Under the pieces are notes generated by a model. That model saw only the letters and a program-made list of their open reading frames with translations, made no database searches and was not told the origin of the DNA. Below are positions 13,040-25,400 of a DNA stretch of 64,000 nucleotides, piece after piece (within the stretch, counting starts at the first letter, position 1; the number at the start of each line of letters is the position of its first letter). Both the position numbers and the translations under genes were made by a program. The stretch lies in contig NC_045707.1 of assembly GCF_009834535.1 (NCBI RefSeq), forward strand, positions 46,502,001 to 46,566,000, in the 5' to 3' direction. Origin of the DNA: Camelus ferus. Its lineage: Eukaryota.

Positions 13040-13250
13040 AAATTTGATTGAGTGGTGATTAAAACCCTGGGCTCTGGAGTCAGACTGTCTGGGTTCAAAT
13101 CTCATGTCTATCATTTATTACCTACTGACCCTCTGCAAGCCAACATTTGTCTATTAAATGGGAAAACAGGCCCATCGTGAGGCTTAAATAAAGGGACACT
13201 CTGAGCTCAGGATACAGCACAGGCTCAACAAATATGGGCTACACTATTCA
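13040..13250 (+). mobile_element. MIR SINE
   Basis: 'gggctctggagtcagactgtctgggttcaaatc...tgtctatcatttattacc...tgaccct'. Confidence 0.75.
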
Positions 13251-13339
13251 ACCTAGCACATCCTGGCATTCCTTCGTGTATCTTTTTCTGAGTGCACACT
13301 CAGATGCTTCATGAAAACGAATCTTACTTCCTCTGAAAT

Positions 13340-13440
13340 ACTGTACGTTCTACAATGTAAGCTCCACAGGGGCATACATCTTGCCTACCTGTCTAGCACA
13401 TAGTAGGTGTTCAATAAACACATTTTGAATGAATGAATAA
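13340..13440 (+). mobile_element. L2 3' end
   Basis: 'aatgtaagctccac...tctagcacatagtaggtgttcaataaac...gaatgaatgaat'. Confidence 0.8.
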
Positions 13441-15329
13441 AGGAGCAGTTGGCAGCGAACCAGTGCAGTGTTCGGCCCATAGAATCTACTCTACAAGGTA
13501 CATGTTAAACTTGATTTCACTTTTCAAGGCAGGAACCCTGAAGAGATGATGTGGACTGCCTGGGATAAGTTAAAATGCACATCAAAAGTGATGAAAGGAG
13601 GGAAGAGGAGTCGTGAGGAAGAGAAAGAATGTGAATTCTCCGAGAGCAGGAAGCATGGCTTTGTACGGTGTATTCCTACCAGGCAGTGACAGCGTATCGT
13701 GAAGAACAACAAATATTAGAACATCATATCATAGATCTTCACAACCTTTCCTTAAGCACAGGAAGTAGAGGGCAGCCACCTCTTCTCTTAGCAGGTGGAG
13801 GCACCAGATATAAGACTGTTAAGAAAAGGAAGGAAAAGAGGTTAGGACAGGGCAACTGGGCCAACCATCTCTGGCAGAGACTGGCCCTTATAGCTGAAAG
13901 CACTTCTCATCCAAAGGGCAAACATAGGTTTTTGAGTTCTCTTTCCCATTTCAGTGATGCTTTTCCTAACGCAATCCCCCCTGGCAAATGACGAGACATG
14001 TTTTGGGGTCACGGTCAAGGGATGGGTTGCAGGGTCATAAAAAGGACCAAAGTAGGATTGAACCAGGAATCCTCCTTATAAGTACCACATCTGTGGATGA
14101 GCAAATTAACACATTAAAGAAATAAAATGTCATGAAGAACATTCTAAAGCTGCTGAAGAACAAAGTCAAAACCCCAAGGCCTACTGTGTAAGACCTTCAC
14201 CATAACTTATAGATCTATAGAGTCTACAGATGCAGGTTTCAGGGTCATTTAAGCCCTGTTTTGTTCCATAATTTCCTGCATCCTTCTGCTCCAGCCAAAT
14301 TGAATTCCTTGGGGTCTTCTGTAATAGGTACCCCAGAATTTTCTGGCGACCCACTATGCTGTTGCTGATGCTAGTCCCTCTGCTGAGAAGACCCTCTCCT
14401 CTGTCTCAACGTGTCTCCTCCCTCAACCGTTGGCTGAAATGCCATCTCCATCAATCAATCCACCCGTCAATCAAAGACTTAACCAACTGCACTGATTAAG
14501 TGTTTTTAACTGCCAAGTACTGGGCTTAAATAAACAGGAATGACAAAGACAAGGCCCCAGGCAGAGAGAGGCTCTCTGGGTTTGTACACTTCCTGGTTCT
14601 TTCCCTAGGTTAATATTTTTTACTTTGTTTTCTTACTTATGTACTCATACATGTTCAAGATTCTTGAAACTGCTGAAAAGAGATGTGCCTGATTCATTTG
14701 TGTCCTCCTCATGGTATCCTTAGGGCTCAATGTAATGGTATCTACTAGGGGCTGGATAAACACCTGTAGGAAGAATCAATCCAAGCTCAGCACCAGGAAA
14801 CCTAAGATTGTATCTGCACCATTCACAGCTCATGTTCCCAGTGCCTGGCATCTAGGAAACACTAGGTACACATGTGATACGGAAGATGCACTGAAGGAAA
14901 GCCCTTAATGGCTCCTCTGCTAGGAACAGAGTGGTGCTTCATTCAAGGCCAGCACAAGGACCAAAATGGAAACCTGGATTTACACATTCCACATGGTAAA
15001 GAAAAGAAAGCAGTGTATCACAGAGCATGCAAAATCCCTCCTGGGCAAATAATGCTCCATTCCTTATCAATCAAAATTAAGATTCCATTCTGAGTCACAT
15101 ATTTAAAGAAAATATTTCAGTCTCAACAAAATGTCTTTCTCCAAAGGTCACTCACAGAGAAGCACTGAAGATAGGTCTGAGCTTTTGTTTATATCCAGCC
15201 TCCTCCTGCTCTCTGGGTGACCCCAGTTCTTTTAACCACATAGTGTCAAAAGTCAGAAGGTTCAAGGAGACACAATACAGGAAACCAGGATGCAGTGACT
15301 TTATTTTTTTTTAAGTAAAGTTTAAAAAG

Positions 15330-15745
15330 TCATTGCTTGAGCTACTACTCAACAATAAAAAGGAACACACTATTGGATGAATTTCCAAAGAATTCTGCTA
15401 AAAAGGCCAATCCCAAAAGGTACATCTGATGATTTCATTTATATAAAACCCTCAAAATGGTAAAATTAAAGAAATAGAGAACAGATTAGTGGTGCCAGGG
15501 GTCAGAAAAAGGGAGTGGGAGTGAGGAAGTGGATGTTGTCATAAAAAGGCAACATGGGGAATCCGACTTGAAGTGACAGAGTTGTTCTGTGCCTTGACTG
15601 TTGTCACTGTCAATATCCTGGCTGTGATATTGTGCTACTGTTTTGCAAGATGTTACTATTAGGGGAAACTGCCTAAAAGATATATGAGAGCTCTCTGTAG
15701 TATTTTTTCACAACATGTGGAATCTACAATGATCTCAAAATAAAG
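15330..15745 (+). mobile_element. Old L1 3' UTR fragment (L1MC/MD-like)
   Basis: 'gaactactactcaacaataaaaagg'-like start, 'gagaacagattagtggtgccagggg', 'ctctctgtagtattttt...aatctacaatgatctcaaaataaag'. Confidence 0.7.
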
Positions 15746-16199
15746 TTATTTTTTTTTTCCAAAATAATCATGAAAAAGAACAAAGTCAAAAGACTTATAG
15801 TTTCCAATTTTAAAAGTTATTACAAAGCTACAGCAACCAAAAGAGTGTCCTATGGGCATAAAGAGAGACATACTGTCCAATGGAATAGGGTAAAAAGTCC
15901 AGAAGTAAACACTTGCATGTATAGTCAAATGATTTTTGATAAGGATGCCAACACCATTCAATGGGGAAAGGACAGTCTTTTCAATAAATGGTGTTGGGAA
16001 AACTGGATATCCACACGGAAAAGAATGAAGTTAGACCCTTCTCTTACACCATATAAGAAAATTAATTCTAAATGGATCAAAGACCTAAATGTAGGAATTA
16101 AAACTATAAAACTATATATAAACTATATATAATATATATATAAATTATAAATATATGTAATATATGTAAAACTATACATACATATAAAACTATAAAAAA

Positions 16200-16400
16200 G
16201 GGGTAAGGGATTAAGAGGTACAAACTACTATGTATAAAATAAATAAGCTACAAGGATATATTATACAACATAGGGAATATAGGAAATATTTTGTAATAAC
16301 TATAAATGGAAAATAGCCTATAAAAATTTTGAATCATTATATTGTGCACCTGAAACTTACATAATATCAACTATATCTCAATTTAAAAAACAAGACAAAA
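16200..16400 (+). mobile_element. Cetartiodactyl-type L1 3' end nested in the older L1
   Basis: 'gattaagaggtacaaactactatgtataaaataaataagctacaaggatata...caacatagggaatata...ttgtgcacctgaaact...tcaactatatctcaat' plus A-rich tail; interrupts host 'aaaactataaaa|ctcttagaagaaaa'. Confidence 0.85.
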
Positions 16401-16861
16401 AAAAACTCTTAGAAGAAAATATGGAAGGAAAAGCTCATGACACTGGATTTGGCAATGATTTCTTGAATATAACACCCAAAGCACAGGCAAGAAAAGGAAA
16501 AATAGATAAGTTAGACTTCATTAAAATTAGAAACTTCTGTGCATCAAAGGATGTAATCAACAGAGTAAAAAGGCAACATATAAAATGGGAGAAAATACTT
16601 GCAAATCATATCTGGTAAGAGGTTGATATCCAGAATATAAAAGAACTCCTACAACTCAACAACAAACAACAAACGACCTCATTAAAAAATAGGCAAAAGA
16701 CTTGGGTAGATATTTCCCCAAAGAAGACACACAAATGGCCAATAAGCACATGAAGAGATGATCAGTATCACTAAATCACTAGGGAAATGCAAATCAAAAC
16801 CACAATATAATATCACGTTACACCCATTTAAGATGGCTACTATCAAAAAATGAAACTAACA

Positions 16862-16968
16862 GTGATGCAGGTGTTAGGTATGGTAGTAATCATTTGCAAA
16901 CATATCAAATCAACATGTTGTACACCTTAAACTTACACTATATGTCAATTAGATCTCAATAAAGCTGG
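16862..16968 (+). mobile_element. Short L1 3' end (L1MA9-like) nested in L1, flanked by a perfect 17-bp TSD
   Basis: aaaaaatgaaactaaca at 16845-16861 and 16969-16985; insert ends 'tgtacaccttaaacttacac...tctcaataaagctgg'. Confidence 0.85.
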
Positions 16969-18847
16969 AAAAAATGAAACTAACAAAAAGTGTTGGCAAG
17001 AATGTGCAAAAATTGGAACTCTTGTATACTGTTGGTGGGAATATAAAATGGCACAGCACTAAGGAAAACAGTATGGCATTCCTAAAAACGTTAAAAAATA
17101 ATAGGATTACCATATGACCCAGCAATTCCACTTCTGGGTATATACCCCAAGAGAACTAAAAATAAGGTCTTGAAGAGATATCTGTACACACATTTACAGC
17201 AGTATTATTTTACAATAGTCAAAATGTGGCAGCAACCCAAGTGTCCATCAATGGATGAATAAATGAAATGCGGTACATACATACAATGGAATATTATTCA
17301 GCCTTAAAGGAAATTCTGATTCATGGTACAACATGGATAAACCTTGAGGACATTATGTTTAGTAAAATGAACCAGTCACAAAAAGATAAATCCTGGATGA
17401 CTCCATTAAATGAGGTATCCAGAGTAATTAAATTCATAGAAACAGAAAGTAGAATGGTAGTTACCAGGGGGCAGGGGAAGAGAAAATGGGGAGTTATTGT
17501 TTCACGGGTACAGTTTCAGTTTTGCAAGATGAAACATGTTCTGGAGATGATGGTGGTGATGGCTGCACAATAATGAGAATGTACTTAACACTACTGAACT
17601 GTACACTGAAAAATGGTAAACTTTATGTTACATGTATTTCAACAAAATTTTTTTTTAAAAAACTGAAACAATAACAAAAGAGAAATTTAATTTTTTTTAA
17701 AGCCACTGCCTTTTTAATTCAAACACCTGTCACTATGTTTTAGTTTTATAAACCAACAGGAAGAGAAAAGTAGCTCATTACTTAATAAAACCCAAAAGAC
17801 TTTAAAAGTCTGGAGATACTGGCACACCAAGCTTTTCTAATGTCTTTAATTAACTTCATAATCCATTCTGATTCACATTCCCTCTGCTTGTTACTTAATT
17901 CACCCGAAGTTACTATCAACTTTCTAGCAGTGATTAAAAATGTGCTACTTATTTATTTGGCATGTGACCTTAAGTAGCAGCAAAAGGATAAATCAAAGCC
18001 ACAGATTAGTCATGAAATAGAAAACTGAGCCTTTAAGAAGACAACATGTTACTGTTTTTAATTCCTGTGCTCCCACTAGACTGAAGGTTAATGAGAGCAA
18101 GAACTTGTCCCTTTTTGTTTTTCACCACATGGTAGATGCTCAGTTAACTTCCGTCGATTGAATGAAGCCAGCACTTGTGTGCTAAGCTCAGACACCATGT
18201 TCTGCCGGGAAGTGTTTACATGGCCACATTCTCTCTTTTCAAATGTCTGCCAGTTGAGCTTGGTGATTTACTATGAAGAAAATAAGAGGAATTTCCAAGG
18301 TAATTTCATGGAAAGTGTTTTTCTGTGAAAAACATTTTTGAGAAGTGAAGAGAAATGCTTGTTTATTATATAGAAACAACTCTCCATTTTGGCACTATTA
18401 ACTACTGGTTAGATCATCTCTACAAAGTAAAGAAAAACAATCCAAGGAGATTAGTTTGTATATTTTGCATAGACACACCCAGCCCTCAAAAATCCCTCAG
18501 AAATGCAATTATAATATGTGGTTAAAAATTGAAACCCCCTCAGTGCTGTGTGCTATATACTTCCTTCTAACTCTCCCTGAGTGAGCCACAAAGTCACCTT
18601 TAAAATTTTACTTCTACTGGAACATCATTTTTCATAATTACAGAATTTTAATTTCTTTTATGTGAGTGTACAGCCTTTGATTTATTGAGCCAACTAAATG
18701 AAACCTGGTTAAAAACCAAAGGTAAAAAAGGGAATTTTGGTAGAAAGTAAAACAGGGAATTTTTAAAAGGAACCCAAAGTAGTAGGAGTTGTTATTGCCA
18801 TGTAAAGGGGGATTTTTCCCATTATTGATGCAAAGATAGGGTCTGAC

Positions 18848-18949
18848 CTGCAAGCCTTGGTTAGTTCTGTTACTCTTATTTTCCTTGTATCTTCCTCCTC
18901 CTACTGTCTTGGGTGGTGCCCATTTCTCAAAAGCAACTGTACAGAGTTC
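18848..18949 (-). CDS. PLXNC1: plexin C1 exon 9 (PSI-IPT linker), 102 nt, phase 0/0
   Basis: ELCTVAFEKWAPPKTVGGGRYKENKSNRTNQGLQ; tttcag|GAA and CAG|gtcaga. Confidence 0.94.
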
Positions 18950-19090
18950 CTGAAATAAAGAACATCCCTTCAACATCCAAATGGGTGGAAAATTCAGAGT
19001 TTGAAATAAACACAAAAGACAGGCTGGGACTGGGTGGCCACAAACATTTATTTTTGGTTAAGCCTTCTAATACCGAAAATGTTACTTTAC

Positions 19091-19193
19091 CTGGCTTGTC
19101 TTGTAATCAGAAGGGTCACAAGCTGTGAAGGGATGGATACATTTTCTCTCACTTTTACACCACGCACAGCCAGTTCCAATGCATACTGGGCAT
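19091..19193 (-). CDS. PLXNC1: plexin C1 exon 8 (PSI domain 2), 103 nt, phase 2/0
   Basis: (E)CPVCIGTGCAWCKSERKCIHPFTACDPSDYKTSQ; tgccag|A and CAG|gtaaag. Confidence 0.96.
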
Positions 19194-19435
19194 CTGGCAA
19201 CACGGAAAACCAACTTAATTCCTACATTTTTAGGAAAATGTTCATTCATATCCTAGAATTTCCCTCTGTGATGCCACGTGTGAGCACTTTACAGAAGAAA
19301 AAAGATCCCTGGATAGACTGTCATGAACCCAGGGGAGAGAGGACAGTCCTTTGACGCTGGGGAGAGAGTACTGACTCTGTGCCCTGCTCTGGGCAGCCCT
19401 CGAGGCTGATGGACCATCATTACACTTGCTGGGGT

Positions 19436-19449
19436 GTTGCTATGGAAAC
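19436..19449. promoter_or_regulatory. RFX X-box motif
   Basis: GTTGCTATGGAAAC, a close match to the RFX palindrome GTTGCCATGGCAAC; function untested. Confidence 0.4.
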
Positions 19450-21214
19450 CTGAAGCTGGGGTCGCTTGCTGTGTCGGTAGATAATAAGAACCCAGTGAAT
19501 CTGTGAGTTCTGAATCCACTTCTGCTATTTGTCTACCTTCAGGTAAGTTTCCCTCTGGAGACTGTTCTCCCCGCTGCCCTCCACCGTACCCCCAAGAGCC
19601 CATCCTCACTCACTGGAGCAGTAACACCGCCAAATGCCTGTAAGGTGGGAAACTAAAAGTATTTATCTGGCAAGCAGAGAAAACGGGGTGCCACTGTTTG
19701 CTTTTTAATCAAATTAAGGAAGAATTGTGTCTACTAATCAAATAACCTATCATGCATGGATAACAGCGGGAGAGTTGAAAAGCACTTAATAGGATAATCG
19801 GAGTCAGAGAAAGAACGATAAAAATGGAAATCGAGGTGGGTCTGGAAACGCCGCCAAGGGAGGCAAGAGGAAGCCTCAGCCCAGGGACAGGGGGCACTAT
19901 TCGTATTTCATATATTCTTCAAAAAGTGCTGAAGCATCCTGAGGTTCTGACCTATAGAAATTGCAGGTTTGATGGGAGAAGAAAGTACAGACTCGCTTAA
20001 GTGCTCATCTGGCACTGAAGTGCACTAGAAGTAGGTTCATGATGTGCATGCCTGTCGCTATCCCCCAGGTGTAATGACTGTACTGAGTGCTTTTCGAAGA
20101 GGAAGTAGGCACCCAAGGAAAAGGGCACTCCCCTCCGGGGAGTTGTGGGTCTGAGGTCTGGTTTTAATTACATAGCTGTGGGACCTGGGGCAAGTCATTT
20201 CCTCCCGCTAGGCGCCTGCAACTGGGGATGGGGGAGCTGTACTAAGTCCAAACTCTCCTTGAGCTACAAAACTCTACTTAACTTCCCTCCTCTTTTTCCT
20301 TTTTCCTATTTTCATGGACTTCTGAGGCTTTCTGTATCAAGTTTGGTTTTTTCCTAACCTGAATTCATCCTGTTTGTTACAAATCACTGAACTCAGTCCC
20401 TCTTTCAAAGTGCCGCAGCAGTAAAGATGAAGTCCAGTGGCTCTTGTTTATACAGCTGTAGAGTGGCCTCCCAGCTCAGTTTCGAGTTTGAATGCACTTT
20501 CCCCGTGGAAACAAGGGTCCCCAGGCCAGACCCAAAGAAATCCACACGTGGTACTCACATAGTTGGTCAATCAAACCACTGAATGAACTATTGAATCAAT
20601 AATAATCCAGTTTCCCATTTTTCCATGGGAACATCCATCCCATCTTCCAGCTGGAAAACCAGGAATCTGGGAAACACATTTCCTCTGTCTTCCCTCTGCT
20701 TTAGAAGCAAGAGTGAGGTGTGGCTAACTCAGCGGCGTATGTAGCTCAACAGGGCCAAACATGGTACGAAAACAGGGGGCACAATTCACACGTTCTTCTG
20801 ATGAAAGAGACTGTCTCATGTCCTTCTCCTTGACTGTGACTTCCCTCATCTCATGCTCACTCTCTCTCCCTTGACTCAAATTCCCAAAGCCACTCTGATC
20901 AGGGGAGGACCTAGCAGCCCCCCTTCTCCTGTTACTTCAAGGCCATCTCTCCATCTGAGGAAAACATGTTTCCCTGTGGGTAAAAAACACCTCAGCACAG
21001 TTGTTTGCCTCTTTGCTGCTCCACCTTACTTATTAAGGCTTGAATGAGCCAGCTTATTAGCTAAGGGGCCCTCCTATCTCCCGTTAGGCCACGCTCCAAA
21101 AGGCACCTTGGAAAGTTCTACTGCACAAAAGAGTTCTTTAGGAAATCAAAGAGTAAAGCAAATAAATAAATTAAAGCCAATGAGAACATAATTAAATTTC
21201 AGATAAAATCTTAC

Positions 21215-21302
21215 TCTCTTAATGATGAGCAGTTGGTAAAGTTGAATCTTTTTGACAAATGCCAAGAACCGAAGGAGACCGTCACGTTGACAATTAAAAC
21301 AT
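21215..21302 (-). CDS. PLXNC1: plexin C1 exon 7, 88 nt, phase 1/2
   Basis: (D)VLIVNVTVSFGSWHLSKRFNFTNCSSLR(E); ttccag|AT and GA|gtaaga. Confidence 0.95.
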
Positions 21303-21979
21303 CTGGAACAAAGAAGGGGATAAAGTCATTTATGGTGGAGCCCCGCTATCATCAAGCAAAGCTGTAAATGCAAAAACTAAATATTTTTTCCCTCCTCCAC
21401 ACAGAAGGGGTGTGTGCACCAGCTGTTCGCGAACATTTCAATCAGTACGTGGATCCTTCCCGTGGGCCGTTCACGCCAGGCAGCCCAAGTGCACAGCACA
21501 AACCTCCAAACAGACCCAGGCCCACCTCGTGTTCCAAGCCTCCCATGGATAATCACTAGGAAAAAGCCATTTTACAGCCCATTTACATTTCATACTCTCC
21601 CCGGGCTCACTATCTCAGTTTGTAATTGGCCACAGCATAAGAATAAAACAAGTCACTGAGCGAGAACTGCCTAGAACATGATAACTACAATGTTAGAGAG
21701 GAAATCCTGCACCTTCAGAAAAATCCGCACAAGTATTTACCGAACAAACTCTAAAGTGTGGCTCCCCCAGGGCTGCGATCCATGATCTTCTCGGAGTCAA
21801 CTGTTGCCAAATCTATGATGAAGGTTTTATTTTCTTTTGAAAACCTACCCATTTGTTAGAAAACCCCAAAAGAATAAAGTAATAAGAAAGATAAAAACTG
21901 CTAGGTCACCATTATAGAAATGGCATATTTCCTGCATTTCTTTAACATACATACTCTAATCAATCCAAGGGGATTCCCA

Positions 21980-22142
21980 CACCCAGTTGTCCAGCAGAAT
22001 CATTTGAGAAATTGATGAAAACATAGCTTCCAGGACGCATTCTTACATATTCTGATTTAGCAGGCCCGAGTAGGTCCAGGGAAGCTGTTTGTAATCCTCC
22101 CCATGCAATGACTGTATAACCAGGTTTGGGTGCCACAGCCTG
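21980..22142. mobile_element. MER5-like hAT-Charlie element
   Basis: 'cagaatcatttgagaa...attctgatttagcagg...ccaggtttgggtgccacag'. Confidence 0.6.
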
Positions 22143-23279
22143 GAGGGGTGCCTTTCAAATCCTGTTGTGTCCAGGGACCAGTGCTACCCTGGGATGTTTT
22201 CATTGTCACCCACTTTGGTATTAATATCTTCTTCCTTTGATGAATTAACTGGCAGGAGTAGATGATACTTTTAAAATGAAAACTCTTTCCTTGACAAAAA
22301 TAAGAAGCTGGCCTAACTTTGCTGGCACCCCTCATTTTCTTACTGAAATTTTATTAGTCTGTGATTCCTAAAGTCTGAGAAGCCTTATATTAAGGTGCTT
22401 CTCTGCAGCAATAACATTCATTCTGAAAGCCTGGATGTCATATAAAATTCTGTTCACATAAAGTGAGTATGCATGAAATGATAATCCTCTGTTCCAAAGA
22501 CGAGGAGGTTTGGAGGGCTGGCATGACCTCTCAGCAAGAGTATTTGAACAGACACTTGATAAATGTTAGTAGAATGAACACATGGACAGTAAGCACTGAG
22601 GGACTCCCTGAGAAAATACATGTCAGTGGAATCTCCAAGTGTCCAGTGATGGAGACTAGCAAAAGTCATACTTCTCTGAGTATCAACTGTGCACAAAACA
22701 CTGCTGGGAAATGTCACAAGGAAATGAATATATACGATCTCTGCTCTGGAAGCATTCACAGTGATTCTAGAAGAGATAAAATAACTTAGGTGAAAAGACA
22801 CAATGACAGTATAGTCAAGGAAACATCCTATGAGTCCATGTAGCACCTAGGTAATCAAGATCGGTGTGCCTGTGGGGGACCCAGAGGGTGTTGGGATGAT
22901 CAGAGCAGAATCCGTCAAGACTACATAGAAGAGGTGACTTTTCAAAGCAGAAGGACGAGGCTACAGGATTTGGTGAAAGGGGCGAGGCTACTGTTGGCCA
23001 CAAAGGTTTGGCAATGGCCACTGGCTGGGTGAGTGCACAAGGTGGGAGGTGGATTGTGCACTTGCTCAGGATACACAAGGCATTCAGAGAAAAGGGCAAG
23101 CAAAGGGTCGGGTGCAACTGATGGAGGCTCTAAAAGCAATCAACTAGCCTTCCGAGGTAATCTCAAATACTTCAGAAGTATATTTTATAGGTGAGCAAGA
23201 CCTGCCTTTTAATAACCATGAACTTGACTCTACTTTTAGTCTTTCTCATCCAAAGGGACTCAGGAATCCTCCGTCTGTC

Positions 23280-23940
23280 CATTGTAATTCCTAACCATCC
23301 GTTAAATCCATCCATTTCTCTCCATCCCTATCTGCCTCCAACTACTTCAGCTCTCAGTCCCCTTCACCTGGATCACTGCAACAGCTTTCCTTTTATCTGA
23401 TCTTCAGAACTTCCTCGCCTCCACCAGCCCCATTCTCCACGTGCAGCCATTCATTTGACAAAATGTATTGATCATAAATGGATACATTGTGCCAGACACT
23501 TTGTAATGTCTTTGGTATTCATTTTCTATCACTCCGCTTTCTACCTGTCCTGATCCCATTTGCCTTGGCCATAAAGAACCTCTTTTGGCTCCTCAAACAA
23601 AGATTTTCTCTCCTGGCCATCACACTGGTTGGTCTCTGCTTGGAATACTCTTCCCCTTCTTTGTCCGGATCAACCCTGCTCATCCTCCAGGAAGATTTCC
23701 TTGTCCCCTCTCCTACCCACTAAGTCCAGTTAGGTGCCCTTTTCATGCACTTCACATGGTGTGCTACGTGCCCTGCATGCTACACATTGTGCTGTAATGT
23801 GCTGTTGACTTGTCTCTACCCCAAGAGGCTATAAATACCGTGAGCAAGGACCAGGTCAGTCTTTTTTGGTCACTGTATCCCTATCACCTAGCACATAGAT
23901 GCTCAATAAATACTTCTACATGAATGAATGAATGCAATGA
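23280..23940 (+). mobile_element. L2 LINE 3' portion
   Basis: 'cacctggatcactgcaacagc...tctgcttggaatactcttccc...cactgtatccctatcacctagcacatagatgctcaataaatac...tgaatgaatgaatg'. Confidence 0.8.
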
Positions 23941-24322
23941 ACTAAACATGATAGAATATTGGCCATTCTGTTTTCTCATCTCACCAATGGCATTCCCAGC
24001 TTTTCAAATCTCTGAATTATCGGAACCATCTGGGTAGCTCAGCTCAATGGTCTCTGGCTTGACTCCATTTGCCTAATCAACTTACCCTCCTCCATCATTC
24101 TCCAGTCACACGTGATAGTGGCGTCCTGCAGTCAAGGGATGAGTAAAGCAGAGGTGGGAGTGACCAAGGGAAAAAACAGGAAGCAGGGAGTAGGGGGAGA
24201 GTGAGTCTACAGGGTGGGACTCTGAAGAGTCTCTCATTTAACTGGCTTCCCAGGCAATCTGAACTCAGGAGCTACTCTTGCCTTCTTCACTCTCTAACAG
24301 AAAAACAGCAGAGTACACTTGC

Positions 24323-24470
24323 CTTTGTAGATTGCTCTGGTCGGGATGCTGCAGGTGCAGGTCTCATTGGATACGCTTTTGCCCTCGCAGAGCATCCTGC
24401 CGGTGTCCACATTCTTCACTACGCACTCTGAGTGTCTTGGAGAGAAGCTTCCCACCACGGTCACTGTCGT
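24323..24470 (-). CDS. PLXNC1: plexin C1 exon 6, 148 nt, phase 0/1, GC donor
   Basis: TTVTVVGSFSPRHSECVVKNVDTGRMLCEGKSVSNETCTCSIPTRAIYK(D); cacag|ACG and AAAG|gcaagt. Confidence 0.94.
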
Positions 24471-24599
24471 CTGTGTGGGGAAAATGATTCAGGAAACAAA
24501 TCATTGTTTTTCTATCATTTCCACCCATCCTAGTGCCTTAAATGAACTCATCCTCTGACCTGCCATAGAATGAGAATTTCTCAGATTGCTGATGCAAAG

Positions 24600-25400
24600 A
24601 AAGAGATGTTTTATTGGCTATTTAATTTGCTCTTTTGTGAACTGAATATGCATATTCTTGGACCATTTTTCTGCTTTGTATGTATTTTCCTTATCAATTT
24701 TAAAGAGCTCTTTGTATAGCACAGATATTAATCCTTATCTGTCGTATTTCCAACACATATTTTCTCCTAATCTACTGTTTATCTTGCAATTCGCACATGT
24801 GGTATCTTTTACCCTACACGATGTGTTTTTATGTAATCAAATACAGGGTTTCTTGTCTTGGTTATAAAGTTCTTCCCAAACCCTTGCTTATATACACGTA
24901 TTATTCCACCATCTTTGTTGTTTTATTTTTTAAACTTATGTCTTTAATCCATCTGGAATTTATTTTTATATATAGTATAAGAGTCCAACTTTATTTTTAT
25001 CCAGATAGTTAATCAGCTATGTAATAACCATTTACTAAAAACAAGTTTTTTCCCACTGAACTGAAATACCACTTTTGTCATATATTAAATCACCATATAC
25101 CTGCAAGCTATTTCTGAACTTTGCACTGTTCCAATTATCTATTGATCTACTTCTATTCCAATGTCATCACATTTTTACTACTGTGGATTTAAATATATTT
25201 ATGGCAACCTATTTTTATTTTCATAGTTTTTTTTTTAGCATTTCCTATACATTATTGTTCCATATAAACTTTAAGACCATTTTATCCAAATAGGGTGAGA
25301 AGACTATAAGTTTAACTGGAATTGAACTAAAGGTATGCATTAATTTTAGGATATTTTGTATCTTTATGATGTTAAATATTCCCATCCAAACACAAATTTT
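24600..25400 (-). mobile_element. Highly diverged L1 (L1M/L1ME-like) ORF2-region fragment
   Basis: 'tctttaatccatctggaatttatttt...','tattgttccatataaactttaag','ggaattgaactaaaggtatgcattaatttt' are typical antisense L1 motifs. Confidence 0.7.

Larger units (their letters stand above)
15760..17660 (+). mobile_element. 5'-truncated L1 (L1MB-like): decayed ORF2 C-terminus plus 3' UTR, antisense to PLXNC1, carrying two nested younger L1 fragments
   Basis: ORF remnants FKSYYKAT...QWNR..SPE...QMIFDK...[16 protein letters not shown]...[50 protein letters not shown] are L1 ORF2 hallmarks. Confidence 0.95.

Noticed and set aside
15770..17573. ORFs of 120, 65 and 101 aa
   Set aside because: Fragments of decayed L1 ORF2, not host genes
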